NCBI GenBank assembly: GCA_965248755.1
Contig: OZ252149.1
Location: 3,200,001 to 3,264,000 of the forward strand
DNA from: Candidatus Latescibacterota bacterium
Lineage (GTDB): Bacteria; Latescibacterota; CBDEFO01
Length of the DNA: 64,000 nt
Reading direction: 5' to 3'
Shown here piece after piece: positions 40,468 to 49,029 of the stretch. The position numbers were made by a program, and so were the translations under genes. The notes under the pieces are model-generated. The model searched no databases and was not told the origin of the DNA. It saw only the letters and a program-made list of their open reading frames with translations. Numbering within the stretch: position 1 is the stretch's first letter; each line of letters begins with the position of its first letter.

Positions 40468-41523
40468 TTGCTCGTATCCGAATTCGACTACTATCTGCCG
40501 CAAGGACTCATCGCTCAATATCCCTTAGTGGAGCGGGGCGAATCCAGACTGATCGTCGTGGACAGGCAGCGCAAAAGCATAGATCACAGGCACTTCAAGG
40601 ATATAGTGGACTACATAAATCCAGGTGATTGTCTCGTCATCAACGATATAAAGGTCCTCCTGGCTCGGCTGATAGGAAAGAGAGTTGTCACAGGGGGCAA
40701 GATCGAAATTCTACTTCTGAAGAGATTGTCGGAATCTCCGCCCACCTGGTCGGTACTGGCAAAGCCAGGAAGGTTAGCCAGATTGAACGCTCAATTTGCC
40801 TTCGGGGAGAAAGATAACGCTCTAACTGGGGAAATTGTGGAGATCCAGCCGGACGGAATCAGGACTATGCGATTTGAATGTACAGGATCGTTTGAGCAGA
40901 AATTAGCTCAAATTGGACAGGTCCCGCTCCCTCCTTACATAAAAAGATCCTCTCCTTATGATCAGGACTTTCAAAGATACCAGACCGTCTACGCAAAAGT
41001 GGAGGGAGCAATCGCTGCTCCTACTGCCGGACTGCACTTCACAGATCATATCCTCGATAGAATAAGAAACAAGGGCGCATCTGTAGTCCCCCTAACCCTG
41101 CACGTTGGACTCGGTACGTTTGCACCCGTGAAGACAGAAAGAGTGGAAGACCACACGATGCACGAAGAGAAGTACCAGGTCTTGGAAGACGCCGCAACTA
41201 TTATCAATCGTAGAAAGGGAAAGGTCTTCGCCGTGGGTACGACTGTGCTCAGGACGCTGGAGTCAACATCCCACTGTGACGGATCTGTCCACCCCGGATC
41301 AGGAGAGACGGACTTATTTATCTATCCGGGCTATAAGTTTAAGGTCGCAGACGCTCTCTTGACGAACTTTCACCTCCCCAAGACCACTCTCCTTATGCTA
41401 GTCTGCGCCTTTGGTGGTGCGACCACTCCGTGTGGAAAAGATCTTATTTTCAAGGCCTACGAGGAGGCTATAGAGGAAAGATATAGATTTTACTCCTACG
41501 GAGACGCCATGCTGATCGTGTGA
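40468..41523 (+). CDS. queA: S-adenosylmethionine:tRNA ribosyltransferase-isomerase
   Basis: PLPPYI, YQTVYA, AAPTAGLHF, TNFHLP and YSYGDAM motifs. Confidence 0.96.
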   Translation: MLVSEFDYYLPQGLIAQYPLVERGESRLIVVDRQRKSIDHRHFKDIVDYINPGDCLVINDIKVLLARLIGKRVVTGGKIEILLLKRLSESPPTWSVLAKPGRLARLNAQFAFGEKDNALTGEIVEIQPDGIRTMRFECTGSFEQKLAQIGQVPLPPYIKRSSPYDQDFQRYQTVYAKVEGAIAAPTAGLHFTDHILDRIRNKGASVVPLTLHVGLGTFAPVKTERVEDHTMHEEKYQVLEDAATIINRRKGKVFAVGTTVLRTLESTSHCDGSVHPGSGETDLFIYPGYKFKVADALLTNFHLPKTTLLMLVCAFGGATTPCGKDLIFKAYEEAIEERYRFYSYGDAMLIV

Positions 41524-41526
41524 TCG

Positions 41527-41835
41527 CTACCCTGTCTTTCCGAAGTTGTCCAGAAAGATCACAAAGTCGGACAGTCCGATCTCTCCATTACCATCTAAAT
41601 CAAATTTAGGATCCCAATTAGCCGAATCAGTCGTTGTCCCGAAAGCATCCAAGAAGAGGACAAAATCTGAAAGACCTACTTCCTTGTTCCCGTCAAAATC
41701 TCCTATAAGCGAAGTGGAAGAAGGCTGGTTGGCCTGCCCTAATGTCGGCTCAGCGACTACCCAGTCTGACGATTGATGGGGGAAGTTCCCATCTCCTACA
41801 TACTGAATAGACTGTCCGGTCGGAACACTTGTGGG
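41527..41835 (-). pseudogene. 3' fragment of a gene ending in a dockerin/EF-hand-like domain
   Basis: Open 102-codon frame with no start: GDFDGNKEVGLSDF...FDLDGNGEIGLSDF..FGKTG*; begins exactly at the unit boundary. Confidence 0.8.
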
Positions 41836-42107
41836 TCAATACACTGTTCGGAGGCTTTCCCATATACCAGGTGTCGCCGGGGGACAATTACTAACTCAGG
41901 ACACAGTTTGACCGCTTGAGCCATCGGTATCCCTGAGCCTATACCGAACTTTCGAGCTGCATACGAGCAGGAAGCTACTATCCCTCGACTATCAGGTTGC
42001 GCACCTACAGCGAAGGCTACACCCTTAAGGGACGGATCGCGCTGCTCTTCCACGGCGCAGAAAAAGGCATCCAGGTCAAAGTGTAATATTTTACGATACA
42101 TAGGCAT
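41836..42107 (-). pseudogene. dinB: DNA polymerase IV, 5' part
   Basis: ILHFDLDAFF, SYAARKFG and AVKLCP motifs. Confidence 0.9.
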
Positions 42108-42817
42108 TTACAGGAAAAACTTACTGAACAACTTCCGATTCTTCCCCCGGACGATACAAACTTCCCTGAGGATATCAATCACAAAATTACCTGCTGGCAG
42201 GTTCTCTTTACCCTATAAGACCAGATCCCTAGGGAGCATATCTTTGCCTCAGAAGGTAGTAAGATTTTTCACCGATCCTCATTTTTGTCAAACTACTCCC
42301 CTGAGCGGCTGCCTTTTCCTGCTCCTGATAGATTCAATTGGGGGCGCTCGCAATGACAATAGTATGTGCTCATAAGGATGTTGCTTGGTTTGTACTTTTA
42401 GTCATTGCGAGGGGGTTCTCCCCGAAGCAATCTCGGAAGGGGGGAGGAAGCGCCCTCTATCTACAGTCTACTGGGCAAAACGTTTGTCCCTATATACATC
42501 TGTTGTAGGGGCAGACCCGTGTGTCTGACCTTGGGGCTACCACTTCGTGGCTTGTGGCTCTCCAACAAAGCGCCCATGGCGCCTCGCCCCTACATACTGC
42601 CTGCTGTTCCTACGAACATCCGTTCGTAGGAACAGCAGTTGAGGCATTTGCAGCAAGATCCGTTCCTGACCATTTTCGCCCCGCACTCGTAGCAGGCAGG
42701 GGCGTCGGCCAGAGTCAGTAACACCTACTTTTCCCGCATCTCAACCTCTTTCATCGTCATCCCGTTTTCTCGGCGTGAGAGATCGGGTGCCGTATTCTTC
42801 CCGTTATCGCCCGGCTT

Positions 42818-43183
42818 CTAATCTTCTTGGGGCAGGAACTTTTTCCCCAACCATCTGAAGATATAATCTATAATAGACTCTGCCATTGGGATGTCAGGGT
42901 TGTTAGTAAAGCCCGCAGGATCAAAGCGCATGTGGCTGAACTTGTCCACCAACATCTTCAAAGGAACCCCGTACTGAAGCGCTATTGAGATCGCCGTAGC
43001 AAAGGAAGTCATAAGACCCGATACTACGGAGCCCTCCTTTGCTCCCAGTAAGAATATCTCCCCGGGAGATCCGTCCTCGTACATCCCCACAGTGATGTAC
43101 CCTTCGTATCCGCCCACACTGAACTTGTGCGTGATCGCATTCCGCTCGTGGGGAAGCTTCCTCCTGATATGAGCGTACTCCAT
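42818..43183 (-). CDS. stand-alone TSCPD domain (as at the C-terminus of class II ribonucleotide reductase)
   Basis: RRKLP..THKF..EGYITVG..PGEIF..KEGS..SIIDYIFRWL; own GGAGG RBS. Confidence 0.82.
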   Translation of the reverse strand: MEYAHIRRKLPHERNAITHKFSVGGYEGYITVGMYEDGSPGEIFLLGAKEGSVVSGLMTSFATAISIALQYGVPLKMLVDKFSHMRFDPAGFTNNPDIPMAESIIDYIFRWLGKKFLPQED

Positions 43184-43246
43184 AGTTACCTCCTTCTCCT
43201 CTTTTATCCTCCGCTTCGAAAGGAAGCTATGTCAATTACTACGTCA

Positions 43247-43298
43247 CTGATCAGCATATACTGTACATAACAATAGTATTCAACAGTTCAGCTGTAAA
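43247..43298 (-). promoter_or_regulatory. promoter/operator homologous to 29176-29227
   Basis: TTTACA-N17-TATTGT with the same CTGWAC..GTACAG..TGAWCAG pattern. Confidence 0.55.
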
Positions 43299-43665
43299 GA
43301 AAAAAATGAAGAAACTCTAAAAAAATCTATTGGGAATTCCGATGAGGTGAAGGTAACTTTCCCAATTCAAAAGAAATCGGCGACAGAGTCCCAAAGACAC
43401 TCTCCACTCACGGATGAGCACCGTCTGATATGGCGTGGGCTTTCTCCGCCCGATAAGCAGAGGGAAAGATTGCTTCGGTGGATTTTATCCACCTCGCAAT
43501 GACCTAAGTCGGGCCCTGTCATTGCGAGCGCTCCCGAATGAATCCCCGATTGATTCTACCCCCGATTGAATCTATCGGGGGGGATCGGGAGGAACCGATC
43601 TCGGTGATACAATGCAGCGGCGAGGTTCTCTCGCCCTTGGGCCGAGAGACTTAGCAGTATGTTAA

Positions 43666-43914
43666 CCCGAATAGTTTACAAAAAAAGGTTGTGTATTAAT
43701 TAAGGGATTGTATTATATTATAGTTATGTCGTTTAACCATCTTCGGTGTCATTGCGAGCCGTAGGCGAAGCAATCTCGATTCTGTGGTAGATGTAATACT
43801 CTCCGGCTCTCATAGGAGACCACTATAAAACCTTGAGATTGCTTCCCCGATTGATTCTATCGGGGACCGCTTTGCTCCTCGCAATGACTCCACCAAGTTT
43901 ATGAATTAATCGGG
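43666..43914. mobile_element. MITE copy 3 (long form)
   Basis: CCCGAATAGTTTA / TGAATTAATCGGG ends; TTAA direct repeat at 43662-43665 and 43915-43918. Confidence 0.82.
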
Positions 43915-44039
43915 TTAAATAGAATTTGGTATTACATTTGATTTAAGTTGCTTTTATAGAAGCTTCGAGCTTGCCTGATGTGGGAAAACTTTCCCAGATA
44001 ATACGACCGTTCGGAATCACAGGCACTTAGAAATCTTCA

Positions 44040-44068
44040 TTGACATCTAACATTTTTCTTTGTATCTT
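44040..44068 (+). promoter_or_regulatory. putative sigma70 promoter
   Basis: TTGACA-N17-TATCTT. Confidence 0.5.
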
Positions 44069-44288
44069 CCTAATCCATCGGTCTATTAAGTTTGGGCGAT
44101 CTGAAAAGGAGAATAACCCGAGGGCGTTGGGGGTAAGGTTCTTTTGAGGCAGCGATCAAAGAGTACCGTTGGCAATAGTTCTTCAGATCTGCGCAGCAGA
44201 TGTCAACTAAAGGATTCGACCAACTCCACATGCCTCCTGACGACACAGCGTCTTGACAGCATGGGAGAGAGGATTAAGAGGAGATGCT

Positions 44289-44972
44289 ATGTGCGGACGA
44301 TTTTCACTGGCAACGGACACTATTGATGTGATGGAGGCTTTTCCCGAATTTGTGATGCCAGACGAGTTTAAGCCCAGATACAACATCGCCCCATCTCAGA
44401 ATGTGGCTGTAGTTGCAAATACCGGCCAGAACAATGTGGAAGATTTCACATGGGGCTTGATCCCATCCTGGGCGAAGGATCCCAAAATCGGCTATCGTAT
44501 GATCAACGCTCGCTCTGAAACTCTATCTGAGAAGTCGTCCTTCCGAACTGCCTATCTGCGACGCCGTTGCTTAATCCTGGCAGACGGATTCTACGAATGG
44601 CGCCAGGAGCCGGGGAGCAAGACCAAAGTGCCGATTTACATTCGATTGAAGTGTGGCACTCCCTTTGGCTTTGCAGGGCTATGGGAAATGTGGCGACCAA
44701 GAGACGATGCTTCTCTCCTTTCGTGTACGATTATCACAACCGAACCCAATCAGATGATGGAACAGATTCATAACCGTATGCCGGCTATCCTGAAGCCAGA
44801 AGCTTACGAGAGCTGGCTCGACCCTCAGGAGCGACGTCCCGATGAGCTGGACGAACTTCTCCGCCCGTATCCCGCTGAGGACATGACCGCTTATTCTGTG
44901 TCACGCTTTGTCAATAATCCGCGGAACGATTCGCCTGAATGCATCGCGCCGGCAGATGGAGAAAAGTTTTAG
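44289..44972 (+). CDS. SOS response-associated peptidase (SRAP/YedK, abasic-site protein)
   Basis: N-terminal MCGRF; RYNIAP, INARSE, GFYEW and IHNRMP motifs. Confidence 0.94.
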   Translation: MCGRFSLATDTIDVMEAFPEFVMPDEFKPRYNIAPSQNVAVVANTGQNNVEDFTWGLIPSWAKDPKIGYRMINARSETLSEKSSFRTAYLRRRCLILADGFYEWRQEPGSKTKVPIYIRLKCGTPFGFAGLWEMWRPRDDASLLSCTIITTEPNQMMEQIHNRMPAILKPEAYESWLDPQERRPDELDELLRPYPAEDMTAYSVSRFVNNPRNDSPECIAPADGEKF

Positions 44973-45057
44973 CGTCTCGCCCAAGTGACAGACATCTGAA
45001 AAAGGATCAGGACGACTCTGCGATCCTGTCCGGTCAGCACGTTGCGTAGAAAAACAT

Positions 45058-46158
45058 ATGACAGAAGGGAATTCATCAACCGAAGCTAACGGATGGCTCA
45101 AGCAGAGGGATCTCTTCATAGGCGGCCAGGAGGGATACCATACTTATAGGATCCCCGCCCTTGTGGTCTCCGCTGTGGGGACTATACTCGCCTTTTGCGA
45201 GGGAAGAAAGTACGGAAGGGGCGATGCGGGAAAGATCGATCTCCTGTTGAAGCGGAGTTTCGACAGCGGGAAGACGTGGCAGGATACGCAGCTTGTCGTC
45301 TCCGAGGGCGATATGACATGCGGCAATCCGTGTCCGGTCGTAGATCGAAGCAACGGCACGATCTGGCTGCCCTTCTGCAAGAACCTGGGGGATGGGCCTG
45401 AGAGCATGATTGTCGAAGGCAAAGCGCCGCGCACGGTCTGGATTACCAAGAGCGCGGACGACGGTGAAACATGGGCTGAACCACAGGAGATCACCCAGGA
45501 TGTGAAAGACAACTCCTGGACGTGGTATGCGACGGGACCCGGACATGGAATTCAACTTGAAAATGGGAGGCTGGTGATCCCCTGCGACCACATCGTGGGG
45601 GTGAATTTCAATCGCAATGATCCTTATCATTCGCACATAATCTACAGCGATGACCACGGTGAAAGTTGGAAGGTCGGCGGAATTGTGGATGAGGGCACGA
45701 ACGAATCTGCAGTTGTCCAGACCGCCGACGGCGCTGTGTATATCAATTGTCGCAACTACAGAGGCGGCAAGAGGCGCGCATACGCATGGAGCTACGACAA
45801 CGGCCAGACATTCTCAAAGTTAGACTGGGATGAGACACTGGTTGAGCCGATGTGCCAGGGCAGCTTAGCTCGCCTGGCACAGGTGGGCCGCCACGACCAG
45901 AATCACGTTCTCTTTTCTAATCCTGCCAGCACAGAAAGGGAGAAGATGACGGTCAGGGTCAGCTACGATGAGTGCCGGACCTGGTCCGTCTCCAGGTTGC
46001 TCTGCGAGGGTCCTTCTGCATATTCAGACCTGGCTGTTTCCCCCGATATAAGCATCTGCTGTCTTTACGAAGCAGGCAAAGAGCATCCCTACGAGAAGCT
46101 GACCTTATCGCAGTTCGATATTGAATGGCTCACTCGTGGGGAAGATCATCTCCTATAG
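45058..46158 (+). CDS. sialidase (GH33-like)
   Basis: YRIP motif; Asp-boxes SFDSGKTW, SADDGETW, SDDHGESW. Confidence 0.9.
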   Translation: MTEGNSSTEANGWLKQRDLFIGGQEGYHTYRIPALVVSAVGTILAFCEGRKYGRGDAGKIDLLLKRSFDSGKTWQDTQLVVSEGDMTCGNPCPVVDRSNGTIWLPFCKNLGDGPESMIVEGKAPRTVWITKSADDGETWAEPQEITQDVKDNSWTWYATGPGHGIQLENGRLVIPCDHIVGVNFNRNDPYHSHIIYSDDHGESWKVGGIVDEGTNESAVVQTADGAVYINCRNYRGGKRRAYAWSYDNGQTFSKLDWDETLVEPMCQGSLARLAQVGRHDQNHVLFSNPASTEREKMTVRVSYDECRTWSVSRLLCEGPSAYSDLAVSPDISICCLYEAGKEHPYEKLTLSQFDIEWLTRGEDHLL

Positions 46159-46236
46159 CCTTACTGAATTAAATGTAGTGCTGGGGAACCCAGCCCTACG
46201 AACATCCATATCGACTCAAAAAGGAGGAGGATAAGA

Positions 46237-46683
46237 ATGCCGGAAGACATCCTGAAAAAGGTGACAAAGAGGGTGGAGGAATATTTAGAGGGGACTCACG
46301 GGGATGAGTTTGAAAAGTTCGAGGACGGCAGGTATATTATCATGGTGGGGACCACCGTGGTTCAACTCCTTGTGAGGGCCTGGCACAAAGATGACGCTAT
46401 AGTGGACTGCTTCAGCTTCCTGGTCTATGAAGCAACTATAACGGAGGATCTGATGCGTTATCTCCTCAACGAGAACGCAAACATCCACTTTGGAGCCTTC
46501 TCGCTGACTTTTGACGATACCATAAAGTTTAGCCATTCGATAGCTGGGGTGAACATGGATCAAAACGAGTTTGAGGCTACGATCAAGACTGTAGCTCAAA
46601 TCGCAGATCACTACGATGTGGAGATAATTAAGATGGCAGGGGGCAAAACAGCTCAGGAGGCCCTTAATGAAGGTTTATTGTAA
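46237..46683 (+). CDS. YbjN/T3SS-chaperone-like domain protein
   Basis: LLNENANIHFGAF..VAQIADHYD pattern. Confidence 0.65.
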   Translation: MPEDILKKVTKRVEEYLEGTHGDEFEKFEDGRYIIMVGTTVVQLLVRAWHKDDAIVDCFSFLVYEATITEDLMRYLLNENANIHFGAFSLTFDDTIKFSHSIAGVNMDQNEFEATIKTVAQIADHYDVEIIKMAGGKTAQEALNEGLL

Positions 46684-46982
46684 AGAAGTAGGCAGTATAG
46701 GAAGGTAGACAGTAGTCACTGGGCAGTAGACTGGGCACCGCCTCTCCCCAAACCGTCATTGCGAAGCGCAGTGGACGCTTTGTTAGGGAGGATGAAGTCG
46801 AGGGGGAAAAGCACAAAGTGTCCGCTTTGCCGGGGTAGCGCTAGCCGCGCGGTGGGCGAAGGGATCTCAGGAATATTCAGCAGAGATTGGACAAGCAGGG
46901 GAGGATTCCCTATCCTTTCTTCTTACTGCCTGGTCCGATTATTTTCTTATCCCATGGGGGCAGAACATAAGGAGACCCGGAC

Positions 46983-47375
46983 ATGGAAATTTCCTGCACA
47001 GGCTTACATCACTGCTCTATCGTAGTGACGGATTTAGAAAGGGCATCGCGGTTTTACTCACAGGTATTAGGTTTAGAGGAGATACCCACACCCTCTACGT
47101 TCGACTTTGAAGTGGTCTGGTTTCAGGTGGGGGAAGAGCATATCCATCTCATGCCGAAAGATCGTGTAGATACGATCTCTCCCCGTCATTTAGCGTTGCA
47201 AGTGGAGGACGCTAAGAACGCACGGAATGTCTTTCGAGAGAAAGGAGTAGAAGTGCAAGAGACGGTTCCAATCCCGGGAGCCGACCGTTTCTTCGTCTCA
47301 GACCCCGACGGCAACAGGATCGAGATCGTTCAGTGGTTCAAGCCCTGGCCCCAGGGGGAAGAGGATAACAAGTAG
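46983..47375 (+). CDS. VOC/glyoxalase family protein
   Basis: LHHCSI..FYSQVLGL..DPDGNRIE. Confidence 0.9.
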   Translation: MEISCTGLHHCSIVVTDLERASRFYSQVLGLEEIPTPSTFDFEVVWFQVGEEHIHLMPKDRVDTISPRHLALQVEDAKNARNVFREKGVEVQETVPIPGADRFFVSDPDGNRIEIVQWFKPWPQGEEDNK

Positions 47376-47537
47376 AAAGACAGCAGTCAGTGGATTCCTC
47401 TCCTTGCTTGAGTCCCCGATTCAGCCCCCAAGAGATTCAATTGGGGGTCGGGGGAGCGAAGCAATCTCGTAGAAGATAAAGAGGGAATATCCACCTTCCA
47501 GTCAATTGTTTTCGATCCCGATATTGTGAGATCTCTC

Positions 47538-48233
47538 ATGAAAGAGTTTCACGTCATCAGACTGGGCACTATATCGTTTGACGACGCGTATAAAATTCAG
47601 CAAGGAATTGTCCGAAGCAGGATAGCGAATCCCGATAACTCCAGCGACTCTTTGATCCTGTGCGAGCACAACTCCGTGATCACTCTGGGACATAGAGGCA
47701 AAGATAGAAATGTCCTGGTTCCGAAGGAGGTACTGGACTTGAAAGGGATACCTCTCTGCCGGACTGACAGAGGTGGGGATGCGACCTATCACGGTCCGGG
47801 GCAACTGGTGGGCTATCCTATCTTGCGTTTGGAAGATGAGGAAAGGGATCTGCACCTCTATCTGAGAAAGATAGAAGAGGCTGTCATGCTATCTCTGAGC
47901 CGATTTGGAATCGCAGGAAAAAGGAAAGAGGGATTGACGGGTGTGTGGGTGGTCGAAGGTCGGCGGAGTGAGGATAAAAAGATATGCTCTATAGGGGTCG
48001 GCGTCAAAAAGTGGGTGACCTTTCATGGTTTTGCCCTGAACGTGAAAAAGGAGTCCTTAGAGGGGTTTAAGTACATTAACCCCTGCGGAATAGACGCATG
48101 CGATGCCATTTCGATGGAGCAACTTTCACCCAGCGTCAATATGCAGGACGCAGAGGACAGCGTGATCGAAAATTTAGGGAAAGTATTTAAGAGGGATAAG
48201 ATGGAACTTCTATCCCCTGAAGGATCTCATTAG
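47538..48233 (+). CDS. lipB: lipoyl(octanoyl) transferase
   Basis: RGGDATYHGPGQLVGYPI, KICSIG, HGFALN and INPCG motifs. Confidence 0.94.
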   Translation: MKEFHVIRLGTISFDDAYKIQQGIVRSRIANPDNSSDSLILCEHNSVITLGHRGKDRNVLVPKEVLDLKGIPLCRTDRGGDATYHGPGQLVGYPILRLEDEERDLHLYLRKIEEAVMLSLSRFGIAGKRKEGLTGVWVVEGRRSEDKKICSIGVGVKKWVTFHGFALNVKKESLEGFKYINPCGIDACDAISMEQLSPSVNMQDAEDSVIENLGKVFKRDKMELLSPEGSH

Positions 48234-49029
48234 TCAACTTGCCTTCAAATACAATCACAGCATCGCCCTCTAAGAAGATGTTCTTGGCCTTGTCATTTTC
48301 GACGTTGTAGTCTACCTTCAAGGTCCCTCCGCTCTGCGTTATCACATCCACGGGCGGAGCCACATCTTTCACAAGTCCCGCTACGACAGCGGCGGCGACT
48401 GCGCCAGTCCCGCATGCGAGTGTCTCGTCCTCCACGCCCCTTTCGTAGGTTCTGACCCTGATCCGATCCGGAGAAAGGATATGAACAAAATTAGCGTTTG
48501 TGCCCTTCGGCTGGAATCTTTCGTGATATCTGATCTCTTTTCCCAGATTGAAGACATCTGCCGATTCCACGTCTTCTAAAAAGATGACCGCGTGAGGGAC
48601 GCCCGTATTGGCGAAGCTTGCGTCCACCCTGCCGATGCCAAGCTCCAGTTTGAAGTTTAGTTCAATATCAAAGGGATCCACCATGGCCAGCTTCACATTC
48701 TCTCCCTTTACCTCTGCGCCATATTGCCCAGCCGCTGTCTCAAAAGTCATCTTCTGGGGAGCTATGCCTTGCAGATAGGCATATCGGGAGACGCATCTTG
48801 CTCCGTTGCCGCACATCTCAGCTTCTCCTCCGTCAGCGTTGTAATAGAGCATTTTAAAGTCGAAAGATAGGCTATCCTCGACAAAAAGAACGCCGTCTGC
48901 TCCTACCCCTAATCGCCGCTGGCAGATCCTCCTTACAAACACTTCCCGATCCTCTGGAAGGTTACCGTCGCGGTTGTCAAAGACGATGAAATCGTTTCCG
49001 GCTCCGCTCATTTTAACAAAATTTATCAT
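48187..49029 (-). CDS. dapF: diaminopimelate epimerase
   Basis: GAGNDF, EMCGNG and ERGVEDETLACGTG motifs. Confidence 0.95.
   Translation of the reverse strand: MINFVKMSGAGNDFIVFDNRDGNLPEDREVFVRRICQRRLGVGADGVLFVEDSLSFDFKMLYYNADGGEAEMCGNGARCVSRYAYLQGIAPQKMTFETAAGQYGAEVKGENVKLAMVDPFDIELNFKLELGIGRVDASFANTGVPHAVIFLEDVESADVFNLGKEIRYHERFQPKGTNANFVHILSPDRIRVRTYERGVEDETLACGTGAVAAAVVAGLVKDVAPPVDVITQSGGTLKVDYNVENDKAKNIFLEGDAVIVFEGKLTNEILQGIEVPSYPS

Larger units (their letters stand above)
37578..41835 (+). mobile_element. IS1380 transposition unit (IS plus about 2.6 kb cargo) inserted in dinB
   Basis: TCAAT at 37573-37577 and 41836-41840; removing the unit and one repeat restores dinB in frame. Confidence 0.85.

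Noticed and set aside
42405..42721. Short ORFs in repeat-rich intergenic DNA (also 46759-47025 and 60998-61198)
   Set aside because: They are translations of REP/RPE-like repeats with no RBS or domain support.
43380..43465. Possible riboswitch upstream of the TSCPD gene
   Set aside because: Only short hairpins, no recognisable consensus, and it lies upstream of the predicted promoter.
48187..48233. 47-bp convergent overlap of lipB and dapF
   Set aside because: Real, but a common arrangement without further signal.
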